From contig NC_042998.1 of NCBI RefSeq assembly GCF_006345805.1, positions 50,158,001-50,222,000 on the forward strand: a stretch of 64,000 bases of DNA, read 5' to 3'. The notes beneath the pieces were generated by a model that was not told the DNA's origin, did no database searches, and saw only the letters and a program-made list of their open reading frames with translations. The translations under genes and the position numbers were made by a program. This document shows positions 1 to 12,937 of the stretch, piece after piece (within the stretch, counting starts at the first letter, position 1; each line of letters opens with the position of its first letter). Origin of the DNA: Octopus sinensis. Its lineage: Eukaryota.

Positions 1-734
1 TGTCTTGACACTAATACACGTTCTATTTTATTTTACTCTTTTTTTTTAATGTTCCGTCTGTTATCACATCAATGAAAAATCAAAAGTTAAGTAGCATTAA
101 ACCAAGTTGTAAGATAGTAATCTATCTGACTTCTTTTTCTACCGCATTTCCCGTTTCCTTTTAAATATTAACAACTCTTGGCTAAAGAGGCATTAAAAAT
201 TTCATATCAAAGTTTTCCTAAACTTTGGTAAATAAGAGTATTGATGAAATTCATCAAGAAATCCGATAAAATACATCTGGAATAATATGCCATGTTTTAT
301 AATCACTTTGGTAAAAGACGTTTTGTCTGAGTGATATGACAAAAAAGAAACCATCGTGCGTCAGCAAATGATATAAATTTAATCTTATGTTCATAGAATA
401 GCAGTTTTGTAGTTTAATGAAGCAAAATTATCACATTTCAGTATAATTTTGTCGTTAGATTACCATACAAATACTTTATTTCCGAACCCAAACCCCTGCT
501 GATTACATCGGACATGTTTCTTTTTTTATTTATTTATTTTTTTCATTTTTATTTTCCTTTAAGACTTACCACAGATTCATGCTGAAAGATAAACGACGAG
601 ATAAATACATGCGTAACATGGTTACATGAAAATGGTGTGAGTCTGTGAAGCCCCCTGTAGCTTTAGCTATAGCCATAGTCAACCATATTTACCTCAAAAT
701 ACCATATTAATAAGTAACTATTACCGAATGTAAT

Positions 735-900
735 GCAGGCACGCCTGTGTTGTTGAGAAGCTCGCTTTGCAGCCATTGGGTTTCGGGGTTTATCCCACTA
801 TGCTACGTGACACCTTGGACAAGCGTCTTCTGCAATAGCCCCGATCAGACCAATATCTTGAAAATGAAATTCATAGGCAAAAACTGTACTATGTGGAATC
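735..900 (+). mobile_element. Degenerate SINE family A, 5' head fragment
   Basis: Diverged match to the A head (CACCTTGGACAAGCGTCTTCTGCAATAGCC vs CACCTTGGGCAAGTGTCTTCTACTATAGC in other copies). Confidence 0.5.
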
Positions 901-1245
901 TAGTTATATATATATAAATATATATGGTTTTAATGCATATATATAATGATAATAATAATAATAATGATGATAATAACTATAATATATTATAATGATATAT
1001 ATATGCTCCGATTAAAGCGAGATAATCTAAACAAACGACTGAAAAATAATGAGCTGAACGCGTTGGGGATCGAGCGCCCATATCAACGCTTACACGGCTC
1101 CATGTGTATCCGAGTAAATATATCATTATGATATATTATTATAGTTATTATTGTATAAAAACCTTAGTGATCACTTTTATCCGTAACTTATCAACCTTCG
1201 GGCTTGTTTGTTTGTATGTATGTATGTATGTATATATATATATAT

Positions 1246-1356
1246 ATTTATTTTATAGAAGGAGCTTCTACAGGACTAGAACTGTTTCATTCTCCTGATG
1301 ATTTCTTTTGAATGAAACAGTTCTAGTCCTGTAGAAGCTCCTTCTATAAAATAAAT
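1246..1356. repeat. Perfect 47-bp inverted repeat (17-nt loop) containing a hammerhead-like core
   Basis: 1246-1292 is the exact reverse complement of 1310-1356; CTGATGA at 1295-1301 and GAAA at 1314-1317. Confidence 0.95.
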
Positions 1357-1421
1357 TAATTTACTCTGCTATGTATTGAGTACCTTATTTACTGTGGTTA
1401 ACCCCGACTCAACCCGGGACC

Positions 1422-1458
<37 letters not shown>

Positions 1459-1524
1459 ATTGTTACGTTTATATATTTGTTTTGGCTAAACTGGCAAAAT
1501 GACCATTCCTAAGTACAACAATAT

Positions 1525-1735
1525 ATATTAACAGCTTCGTGTTTGTCCCCCACTCACTGCTCGACAACTGATGCTGGTTTGATTACGTCCTCATAACCTA
1601 GCGGTTTGACAAAGAGAACTGTAGAATAAGTGCCAGCCTTTAAAATGAGTACCGAGTTCAATACGTCTAAAACACTTCAAAGTAATGCTCCAGCATGGCC
1701 GCAGTCTAATGACTAAAACAAATGAAAATATAAAA
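1525..1735 (+). mobile_element. SINE family A, 3' half
   Basis: GTTTGTCCCCC...GCTCCAGCATGGCCGCAGTCTAATGACTAAAACAAA tail shared with many copies in the window. Confidence 0.75.
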
Positions 1736-2039
1736 GAAGAAAGCCTAGTTTTACAGCATGTGACAAATACCTTCTAATGAAAGGAGCAATTTTTGTGTAA
1801 TAAAAGCTTTGTGTTATGGTACTAGATATCACTTATCGCCATGCAAAACCGTTTTAAAGTGAAAGAGTTTATCAATTAATATATCCGAAAGAAAATATAT
1901 TTACATAAAGGAATATATAACCTAAACAACAATTTAAGGTTTAGAATGCCAATTGTATGGATCACTAAATTATGACCGTAGATCTCTATAATTTGATCTT
2001 TATCAATCCCTTTCTTATATTTATATATATATACACATA

Positions 2040-2375
2040 GGCGCAGGAGTGGTTGTGTGGTAAATAGCTTGCTTACCAACCACATGGTTCCGGGTTGAGT
2101 CCCAGAGCAAGTGTCTTCTACTATAGCTTCGGGCTGACCAAAGCCTTCTGAGCGGATTTGGTAGACGGAAACACACACATACATACATATATATATATGT
2201 ATGTGTGTGTGTGTCTGCGTATGTGTTTGTGTGTCTATGTGTCTGTGTTTGTTCCCCCACCATCGCTTGACGACCGATGCTGGTGTGTTTACGTCCCCGT
2301 AACTTAGCGATTCGGCAAAAAGAGACCGATAGAATTTAGTACTAGGCTTACAAGGAATAAGTCCTGCGATCAAAT
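2040..2375 (+). mobile_element. SINE family A (tRNA-like head, internal microsatellite), 3' truncated
   Basis: GGCGCAGGAGTGGTTGTGTGGTAA...GGTTCCGGGTTGAGTCCC head, GGATTTGGTAGACGGAAAC block, body matches the 46050-46450 copy. Confidence 0.85.
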
Positions 2376-2654
2376 CGAATAATCGAACATTAAAAATAAC
2401 AAACTACTAGAGGACATGCTCATGAAATGTATTAGTCTGAGTCTCGGTAAAAAGAATAAGTTTTTGATGTATTGAGCATGGCTCTTCGTCAGAAAAGAAA
2501 AGTCGAATGAAGGAAAAAATCACCAACATCACGTGCGTAGTTGCACACACACACACACACACACACGCACTTGATGCCGCAGATGATGGTTTCTCAATTC
2601 CTTGGTGAACATCCTGCACAGATTTGTTTATACTAATCAAATGTGTGTGCTATA

Positions 2655-2851
2655 CATTGGCACCCTACCTCCATCAAACCGACATTGCTTGTATAGGCTC
2701 TCGGTGTGACACACGTCACACGTCGAAGTGATCGTGGAGTAACACGAAATGAAGTGTTTTGCTGAAATACAAAACGCCCGGTGCGGGAATCGAAACCACG
2801 ACCATGCGATCGTGAATGCAACACTCTGTCCAATAGGCCATGTACCTTCAC
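2655..2851 (-). mobile_element. tRNA-derived SINE family E
   Basis: Minus strand GAAGGTACATGGCCTATTGG...GGTTTCGATTCCCG (A/B-box-like); related copies at 25875-26065 and 56142-56340. Confidence 0.65.
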
Positions 2852-2998
2852 ACCAAGTTCTTGAACTGTTACATACACAAATACATATGAGTAATTATGT
2901 CTCTGTACATACAAACCCATTTCTTCATCATTCAACTATCCGCGTATATCGCTGTCCATTCATCTGTCTATTTTCACACACACACATAAACACACACA

Positions 2999-3042
<44 letters not shown>

Positions 3043-3394
3043 ACACACAGATACAAAACTACATACATACTTCCATGTAGGTCATAAGAATTCTTCTCCT
3101 TCAAGAGACGTATCTGTTGTAAACACATTCGCAGTATTTATCCTGACACATTTCATTTGGCCTTCTGAACCGCCCACTGCAAGAATTCAATAAGTAGTTC
3201 ATAAGAACATACAAGCTGCCTCGTTCTACTGGAAATTACATCACTGGAGATGTAGACTGGTTACATTTCTTAGGCAAGTAGGGCGCTCATGTACTTCAGT
3301 CTGTATTATGAACATACAAGGTCGGTATTGCAATATTCAAACAACATCTCTAGCAGAATAAACAAAAATATAGAAAAATGAATAAATATACATA

Positions 3395-3667
3395 CATACA
3401 TAATACACACACACATATATACATATATATATACATACATATATAATACACACACACATATATACATATATATATACATACATATATAATACACACACAC
3501 ATATATACATATATATATACATACATATATAATACACACACATATATACATATATATTACATACATATATAATACACACACACATATATACATTATATAT
3601 ACATACCTATATAATACACACACACATATATACATATATATATACATACATATATAAACACACACAC

Positions 3668-3699
<32 letters not shown>

Positions 3700-3777
3700 G
3701 TATGCATATAGTATATATATAAGTATGCATATATATATATATATAATATGTATGCATATATGTATATATAAGTATGC

Positions 3778-3808
<31 letters not shown>

Positions 3809-3888
3809 TAATAATAAGGGTTTTTTGCAACATATTTCACCCTTTATCTGTATATATATGTATGTATATATATATATATGTATGCATA

Positions 3889-3942
<54 letters not shown>

Positions 3943-4025
3943 GTATGCATATATATATATATGTATATATATATATATGTATATATATATGTATATATAT
4001 ATGTATATATATATATGTATGTACT

Positions 4026-4058
<33 letters not shown>

Positions 4059-4060
4059 AG
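3395..4060. repeat. Compound (TA)/(CA)/(TACA) microsatellite with a ~42-bp higher-order unit
   Basis: TAATACACACACACATATATACATATATATATACATACATATA-type unit repeated about 7 times at 3401-3680, then (TA)n. Confidence 0.9.
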
Positions 4061-4337
4061 AATGACAGCGGTTATCTCGTTCAAATTTGCAGGCACCGAT
4101 GTGCCAGAAATATGAAAAGAGAAGGACAATTTTTTTAAAGAGTGTGTGACCGAGCAGATGGTTAGCCAAAATACGCTCTACAGCTCTATTAGGGGAGAAA
4201 TATACACACAAAGATACAGAAACATACACACACACACACACACACATTATTTTCAAAGGTAAAATCCAAAGTCCTCTTTCAAACTAAAGTAATAAAAAAG
4301 AAGTGTTTGTGTGTATGTGTATGTATGTGTATGTGAG

Positions 4338-4580
4338 TGTGAAGGCATGTGGCCTAGTGGTTAGAGTTTTGGGCTCATGAACATAACATCATGTGTTCGA
4401 TTCCTGAAATGGCGACAGGATGCGTCCTTGAGTAAGTAAATTCATTTCAGGTTGCTCCCGTCAACTCAGCTGAAAATATATATCTACCGAATTGCAGTGC
4501 AACCCTCAATATCTCTAGCTGTCGCCTCATCCATGGGGTGACCTACAGGTTGTCTATGTCTGTTCGTGATTGTATAAACA
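4338..4580 (+). mobile_element. Degenerate tRNA/CORE-like SINE (family C related)
   Basis: GTGAAGGCATGTGGCCTAGTGGTTAGAG A box, GTTCGATTCC B box, CCTTGAGTAAG...CAACTCAGCTG central block. Confidence 0.65.
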
Positions 4581-4949
4581 TTTAAAACAATTAATGAAAG
4601 AGAAGAGCAGCTGTGTGAATGATGCGAGGGCAAGTACAAAGACCCTCTTGCTGTGTATAAAGAAAAAACATCATTTAAGTTGGAAGCTTGGAGGAGAAGA
4701 TATGTAGGGATTTTACCAGCCCTGCTAACCTACCAACGACAGGGTGTTGTGGTTGAGGGTCAAAACACCTTATTACTCTTGGATACCCTCTTATATCAAT
4801 TCCTCTTGGTTAAATCTACCTTCAACACAGGTGTATGAATGAGAAATATTTTCTATAAAATATCAGCAATCTCTTAAGAACATTTATCTTCACGCGCACA
4901 CACGCGCGAATTCATACATATATACAAGCATACATACATATACATATAA

Positions 4950-5200
4950 AGTAAAGTTTTCCCTCTGGAGTCATACTGACTCATAAAGACCGTTTTCCCG
5001 GTTTCATGGGGTGTGTATTCCCCACCTGGATGAGACGCCGGTCCGTCGCAGGATTACTCCTTTTTGCCAGCTGAGTGGACTGGGGTAACGTGACGTGAAG
5101 TGTTTTACTCTAGAACACGTGTCGCCTGGTCCAGGAATCGAAATCACAATCTTACGATGATGAATCCAACAGCCTAACCACTAAACCACATCCCCACACA
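4950..5200 (-). mobile_element. tRNA/CORE-like SINE with a variant tail
   Basis: Minus strand GTGGTTTAGTGGTTAGG...TTCGATTCCTGGACC...GTCCACTCAGCTGGC...AATCCTGCGACGGACCGGCGTCTCATCCAGG. Confidence 0.65.
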
Positions 5201-6076
5201 CAGATGCACATATGTATATATGTATGTGTGTATACATATATAAATGAGTAAATTTTGATAACTATATTTTGATAAAAACTCTACAATCGGACAATATGCA
5301 GATGCTATTCCAGTTGAAGAAATACGATTTTTTTTTCTTTTTGCCATTTCATATTTCAAAGACTATTTTCTATTTTCGCAAAAAGCCACACATTTTCGGT
5401 AACATGACAGACAACAGTCGAATATATTGAATCTCGTTCTTGACTAATAATCATTTTATCGAGTCCTGGGAGAATGAAAGACAAAAGCAAGTTCTGAGGA
5501 ATTTAGATTCAGAACGAAAGAAGCCATAAAAACAAAAGCATTCCAAATGTTGTTTTAAGAATATTGCTGTGTTTGATGTCACTGTTGGTATCATTTGTAC
5601 TGACACTTAGCGCCATGTCAGTAAAAATTATGAAAAGATCAAGGAAAATGGCCTGGCAATGTGTGTCCTATTCATTTCTCTTTTTCTTTAGAAGACAGGA
5701 CTATATTATCGAAGCTCTGAAACCACGGAATTTTGGATTCAGTCCCACCGCAGTACGGTTCGTTGGACAAATATTTTCGACTATAATCCCGAGCCGATCA
5801 GGGTCTTGTGAGCGAATTTAGTAGATTGAAGCTATGTGGAAGCACGCCATGAGAAAGCTATATATAGATACACAAACCTTCAACTTGTGACTAGTCTGAT
5901 AAGATCCACTGCACGAAACTCGCGGACCTTGAGTCACTCTGTTACTCTACATATGTATATTAATAAGAATATACATATACTTATATTATGAGTTCTATTT
6001 TTTCCTGTTTGCACCAGTGTACCTGTTCAATGCTCCTAAAACTTGATGAGCTCTATGGGCGAACTCGAACGTCAGC

Positions 6077-6223
6077 ATGGGGAATAACTATCTGCCATAC
6101 TGAATGGAAAATATTCCCATACCCCCAAAGAAAATATATCTAAAAAAGCTGATTGAGAGAACGGAACATCCAAGAGAACATATATGCCGGAACGTGTACT
6201 TCTTCGAGAAGGGCCACAGGTAG
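6077..6223 (+). pseudogene. Probable N-terminal fragment of a Penelope-like element RT ORF
   Basis: Reads MGNNYLPY*MENIPIPPKKIYLKKLIERTEHPREHICRNVYFFEK; resembles the YSxKNIPIP...YLKKLIEKTE...RWKxxFF N-terminus I recall from marine-invertebrate PLE proteins; one in-frame stop. Confidence 0.5.
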
Positions 6224-6258
6224 ATTACTCCTAAACTCAAATATGGTATCACGCACCA

Positions 6259-6280
6259 CGAAACTCAAAGAAGACAGTCG

Positions 6281-6379
<99 letters not shown>

Positions 6380-6608
6380 TGCGTGTGTGTGTGTGTGTGT
6401 TTGTGTCTGTGCTTGTCCTACCCACCATCGCTTCACAACCGATGCTGGTGTGTTTACGTCCCCATATCTTAGCGGTTCGGCAAGAGACCGATGGAATAAG
6501 TACTAGGCGTACTAGGCTTACAATGAATAAATCCCGGAGGTCGATTTGTTCGACTAAAAACTGCGCTCCAGCATGGCCGCAGTCAAACGACTGAAACAAA
6601 TAAAAGAG
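6259..6608 (+). mobile_element. SINE family A, 3' two-thirds with long (TG)n
   Basis: GAAACTCAAAGAAGACAGTCG linker, (TG)n, CTTAGCGGTTCGGC, CCAGCATGGCCGCAGTCAAACGACTGAAAC tail. Confidence 0.85.
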
Positions 6609-7269
6609 CAAAGGAGTGTTGTTCCCGTTGCGATTGCCGTTCACGTGCTGCCGAACTGTTTGCTCTAATTTTAATATTATTCATTGTCGTTGATGATGTT
6701 ACTACTTTTGTTGATGTTGTTGTTGTTGTTGATGATGATGATGATGATGATGATGATGCAGAGGAGAAGGAGGTGGCGGTGGAGGAAGGGACGATGTTAA
6801 TAATTTTTTCTTTTATCTTTTTCGTTTGTTATTAGTTGTTATTTATTATGTTTTCTGTTCCAATACTACTTATGTTTTCGTTATTATTTACAAACAAACG
6901 CAAATAATGCTGATTCGAAATATATTTCAGAATAAACTAAAGAAAAGAAAGAAAAAAAATAATCCGAAAAACCAAAAAACGAGTAAACCGGATTTCATAA
7001 ATTTTTAATGTCGATGAAAGAATATAAAAATAAAAAAAAATCAATATTTAACAAAACAAAAAAGCAATTGAAGAATGAGTGTAAACAAGAATGAATGAAT
7101 GACTGAAGGAAAGAAACAAAGAAACAATGAAAGAAAGAGAGAGAGAGAGAAGGAAAGAGGCGAATAAAAATACTTAAAACGTAACGGAAAACAACAACAA
7201 AAACGAGAGAAAAGCAGAAAATAGAAAATAAAATAAGTTTAAAAAGGATAAGGAAGAAACACACACACA

Positions 7270-7285
7270 AACATCTGATCTTTAA

Positions 7286-7342
<57 letters not shown>

Positions 7343-7670
7343 GTGTGTTTGTATATGCATATATATATAAATGTATCTATGTGTGTATATATATATGTAT
7401 TTATATATATAAATATATATATATATGTATGTATATATAATATATATATACGTATATGTATGTATATATATATGTGTGTATATATTTATGTATATATATA
7501 TTTGTAAATATATATATGTATATATGTAATATATATATATGTATGTATGTATATATGTGTGTGTATGTGTATAAATGTATATATGCGTGTGTATATGTGT
7601 GTATATAAATGTATATATGTATATGTACATATAGATAGATGTTGTATATGTGTTATATATAAGTGCGTAT
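7270..7670. repeat. (TA)/(TG)-rich microsatellite field
   Basis: Direct reading; source of ORFs 6995-7630 and 7289-7507. Confidence 0.9.
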
Positions 7671-8256
7671 ATTTATGTATCTACTTTAGAAGGAAAACCA
7701 ATTCTAAGAATACGAGACCAGAAGATAAGAAAAGAAAGGAGAATGGTAAAATAATTACATTGAAATGGAACAATTCTTAAGCAAAACACTGCTAGAGAAA
7801 GAGAATTACAGAACTGGGCAATACTTCAACCACAAAATCTTCCCATTTCGACGTTTCATCTTACATCGAAACACGGTATGGTTGTGACTGAATCATAGAC
7901 AAAATGTGTGAACATTTAAGGAAACATTTCGATTAATAAAACAAAGAACATACATATTGAATGACATGACCGTACATCAGGCGACTTGGAGATTGATCAA
8001 TCGTATGGTTTGCATTTTCTTATTTCTTTTTTTTTTATTTTTGTGTGTATTGGAATCGGATAGCATTGACATGTGTTTGTTAAGTTCGTTCGACTTAGAA
8101 TAAGTTATCTTACTTTTGGTAAATACTTATCGCTACAAAAGACTTTATAACTGCACCTATTTTGGATAGATTGACTGAAAGATTTATACACAATCTCTCT
8201 CTCCGTCTCTGTCAGTGTGTTTCCCTCTTCTCCCCCTTCTATCTATCTCTCTTTTG

Positions 8257-8304
<48 letters not shown>

Positions 8305-8435
8305 GTCCGTCTGTCTAAGAAATCGACTCTGATCACACCTGCGGAAAGATGCTCTCTGGTAAGATTAGATACGAAAGACACGCCACATCTCACTATAGCG
8401 TCCCTACGATTCCATCAGCAGTTAAAAGTGGAAGG

Positions 8436-8480
<45 letters not shown>

Positions 8481-9778
8481 TAAATATAATATACATATAT
8501 ACCAACATATACATACATGCATACATACATATATACATACATATAAAACTCTTGTATGTACAACGTTCAATCAAATACTGAAAGTGTTCGTTCTCTGACT
8601 TTCGTTTGGTATTATATACATTTAAATATATTACAGAACGTATATCCCATTATCAGAAAAAAATTCGTTTGTAACAAAAAAATTTATATTATCACACAAT
8701 AGATCACATAACCTTTACATGTGTTTCACTAGCAGTTCACCTTTGGTATCTGCCTAGTAACTAACGACATTAGTAACTAACAGCTGAATAAATTACGAAT
8801 TTCTTCAGGTGATTCGAAGAATAGTGTGATTATGCAATCTCTTTTTATAACAGTTACTGCCTAGCGTATATGCTAGTGCAATACATGTAAAAGTTTATAA
8901 TATAATAATTAAAAAGTTTTATTCTGATCCTGTGTATATAGATATATATAGATAGATAAAACTAACTTGGAAAAGTATGCGTGGCGTTTGTGTTAATAAT
9001 TACGATGCACACACTTAATCTCTTTTCTGTCTATCACCCTCTCTTGTTCTTCCTTTCTATTTTTCTCTCTCAGCCTTTCCCTATTCATCTCATCTCTCCT
9101 TCACCGTTCCCTCTCTCTCTCTCTCTTCCTCATTGACTCTCGTTTCTCACACGTGATCAACGGCCATTCTTTCTTTCTTTCCTTCCTAAAGACAATACGT
9201 GCTTTTAACTGTCTCTTCTCAAAGCTCGTTTTTCAGCGTTCACCGCTTCACATCGTCTTGGCTTATCAGCCCTCACCGTTTGTTTTTACTGTTTTGTTCT
9301 CACTGTCTTGTTTTTGTTACTACTTTCATCCTCCGCAAAAAGACCCAAATTTTATTTAATTTGCTTTGCGGGTAGGATTGTTTTAAAAAAGTCGCGTCTT
9401 GTCGTTACCTTCGAAAAGCGGAATAAATGAAACAAGACACATCTGATGAAGGGAATGATCTTTATACTGCATGTCTCGTTCCTCTGTTTGCTTTTTTGTT
9501 GTTCGAAAAAAGTTGGTTTTCTATATTTTATGTTCTCGTTTCTCATTCTGTCTACGTGCTTTTGATGTCCCGTACCCATATATGCATGTATATATACATG
9601 CATATGTAGATATGTACATATATGTATGTATGTATGCACACACACACATATATGTATACATATACACATACATGCATATGATATATAGATATGTCTATAT
9701 AATAATAAATTAGGGAGTATAACTCCAAACTTACAGGGAAAAATTCAATTTAGTATTAAATCAAATTTCACGATATAC

Positions 9779-9818
<40 letters not shown>

Positions 9819-9948
9819 CAATTAGAGAAAAACCACTATTATGTAATTCAAACAATGAGTGGTTTTTCTCTAATTTATATATATATGTCTATATGGGTGT
9901 GTGTTGTGTGTGTGTGTGTCTATATATAAATATATATAAATATATATA

Positions 9949-10041
<93 letters not shown>

Positions 10042-12147
10042 TTGGATAATATAATCCAGAATACATGTCTGAGATAAGACTGAATAGTCATAACTCGAAT
10101 GTCTTTAATCGCTGGTAGAATCGGGTAATTATGGCTATCGTAGGTTGAGACAACAACAGTAGCAACGATGACAATGATTTTGACTCTAAGTAAATAATTA
10201 TTTCTGACAAAGTCGCAAAACCACAAAGGTCAGAGAAGAGATAAGGGAATAGAGCAACAGTATTATTTGACAGGCGCATATCATATAGACGCAAGGAGGA
10301 TTAATATTTAGTCAGCCCCAGCGGGGTGTGTATTAAGAAGATCGTGTCTGCTCAGGAAATCCGAAAGCAATATTACATTGCGGCCGAACATTTCTTTTTA
10401 TTTTTAGTCAGAAAGGAAGGGAATGCAACTCCTTATAAGACCTCTAAAACTGTAGGAGAAAGAGGGCGCGGTATTATCAAATCGAATATTCAGTTCAATT
10501 TGCGCACCCAAATTGGCAGGTACCCACATTGCCAGGAGTTATACGAAGCCACAGATTAAGGCCTAAGTGGTTCACTACGGGGTTTGAACTCAGAACGCAA
10601 GGAACAACCCAGAATATGTACCGCAAGGCATCCGTTTCGACGGAAGTGTCATGAGGACTGTCTACTGGGATCACTATGCCAACAGCAATCCAGGTATCAT
10701 GAAAATATCTATAATGCAGAGAAAAGAAAGAGACAGAGAAAAAGTACAGATATATATCAATAATATGTGAAATAAGTATTAGATTGTTTCATTTTATTGA
10801 CTCAGAATGGATGAAAGACAAAGAGAGAGATAAGAAGGAAAGAAAGAGATGAGTAGGAAAAAGAGACTGAAAGATTTAGATATATGTAGAGGGGAAAAGG
10901 ATGTGAAGCATGAAGTACTAGGAGTGGTACATTTTATCAGCTCTGTAAATTTGAAAACCGAAGTTGGCCTGCGTAGGATTTGAACTCAGATGAAACGATA
11001 TCTTGAGGTATTTTATTCTATAATCTGTCTTTGTCATTTGACCGCCTTTCTGAGATAGATAGATAGATCCTTCAAAGAAGCTTTTCCCAATGTCTAAGAT
11101 CTGTGTAAATGGCATTGGATTTTTAAGTGTCGTTAGAACGTCTGACCAGAGTCTTGCGAAGGCTTTAAGCAAGTGTTCAAATGTACCAGTTAAACATACA
11201 TAATGTCTTTACACCAACTGGTAAGAGGAGGATGCATAGAAATTTTCAAGTCCTATGCCAAGGTTCCCATATTTTACGTGGGTAAGAGGCAGGAAAAGTT
11301 AATTACGTATATCGACCTCAATACTCCACTGGTACTTTATTTCATCGACGCCGGAATGAGGAAAAGCAAAGTTGACCTCAGAAACAATTGAACTGAAAAC
11401 GGAAGAAGGCATAAGAAAGACGATATTTATAAGATGCAAATTATTCTGCACTTATTTTAAATTTCAAAGTTCAAATGTCATTATTTAAAAACAAATATTT
11501 CTTTCTTTCCATTTGATGCAAAATGTCAGAAATTTTATGGGAAGCCTTAGCTGGAAACGAAATGATAAATATTTACTTAGCATTGTTTATAATAGCATAT
11601 TGGTCATCTTCATTGTGTCATAAGGACTGTCTGGTGAGGTCACTACGCCAGTATCAATCAAAACAGCATTAAAATATCAATACCATAGAGGAGAGAGAGA
11701 GAGAGAGAGATTGAGGAGAATAGACAGATTGGAAGGAAGATATACAGAGAGGAAGAATGTGTAAGAGTCTGTAAATCAAATATTTAGACAGAGCAAATAA
11801 TTATATCTACAGCTAAGAAGTAATAACTATGCGTGTGTGCATGAGTGTGTGTGTGAGTGCTTTTGTGTGTGTGTGTGTGTGTGTATGTACGTGCGTGCGT
11901 GAGTTGGTGTGCGGTTTGTTTGTGAAAATTCCTGGTGCTTAAGCTAGAGTATGAAATTTTATAAATCAAAGTCGCACCGAAGTAGGGTAAATATATAACA
12001 TGGATACAAATCCACTTTTCAGTTTCTCGTAAATATGAGAAATTCATATTAAAATCTGAGTTGTTATTAGCATTCGTTTTTATGTATTAGTATATGTAGT
12101 ACGTGCAGTAAACGCCATTGATATGCGCGCGTATGTGTGTGTGTGTA

Positions 12148-12184
<37 letters not shown>

Positions 12185-12250
12185 AAGAAAGAGAGAGAGA
12201 GGGGGTGAGAGGAAAAGAATGTGAAGAGGATGGTATACTATGAACTGGGG

Positions 12251-12937
12251 CAGGCATGAGCAACCTTTTACGAAAAGTGGGCCTTGCATGAGACAAGGCA
12301 CTTTATTAAGTGGGCCGTATGAGACAAGGTTCAATATCAAGCGTGCTGCATGAGACGAGGTCCATTATCAAGCGGGCCGCATGAGGCAAGGCTCGCTATC
12401 CAGTGGGTCGCGTGAGATATGGCTCATTCTTCTCTACTCTATGCATAAGGGCGGAAATTTTGGGGGAGGGGGACAGTCGATTAGATCGACCCCAGTATGC
12501 AACTGGTACTTAATTTATTGACCTCGAAAAGATGAAAGGCAAAGTCGACCACGGCGGAATTTGAACTCAGAACGTAACGGCAGACGAAATACCTATTTCT
12601 TTACTACCCACAAGGGGCTAAACATAGAGAGGACAAACAAGGACAGACAAACGGATTAAGTCGATTATATCGACCCCAGTGCGTAACTGGTACTTATTTA
12701 ATCGACCCCGAAAAGGATGAAAGGCAAAGTCGACCTCGGCGGAATTTGAACCCAGAACGTAACGTCAGACGAAATACGGCTACGCATTTCGCCCGGCGTG
12801 CTAACGTTTCTGCCAGCTCGCCGCCTTTGAGACACGGCTCATTATCAAACGGGCCGCATTACTAAAAATATTCAAAGCAATCTTTTGCTAGACGTACTAT
12901 GCAAAATGTCCGTCGGGCCGCAGGTTACTCATGATAG
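12251..12937. mobile_element. hAT-type MITE with a 31-bp internal tandem array, interrupted by a SINE-B dimer
   Basis: TIR CAGGCATGAGCAACC vs reverse complement CTATCATGAGTAACC (11/15); 8-bp TSD AACTGGGG/AACTTGGG; GGGCCGCATGAGACAAGG...TATCAA units at 12277-12428 and 12828-12860. Confidence 0.75.
12429..12827 (-). mobile_element. SINE family B composite (head, body, Tx1-like tail, second body, B1 tail)
   Basis: Head AAGGCGGCGAGCTGGCAGAAACG, B box GTTCAAATTCC; flanked by TGAGATATGGCTCATT (12413-12428) and TGAGACACGGCTCATT (12828-12843). Confidence 0.9.

Noticed and set aside
12277-12860. CRISPR-like look of the 31-bp repeats (also the 17-bp x3 at 25074)
   Set aside because: Units are contiguous with no unique spacers, lie inside a MITE or SINE, and the context is eukaryotic with no cas genes
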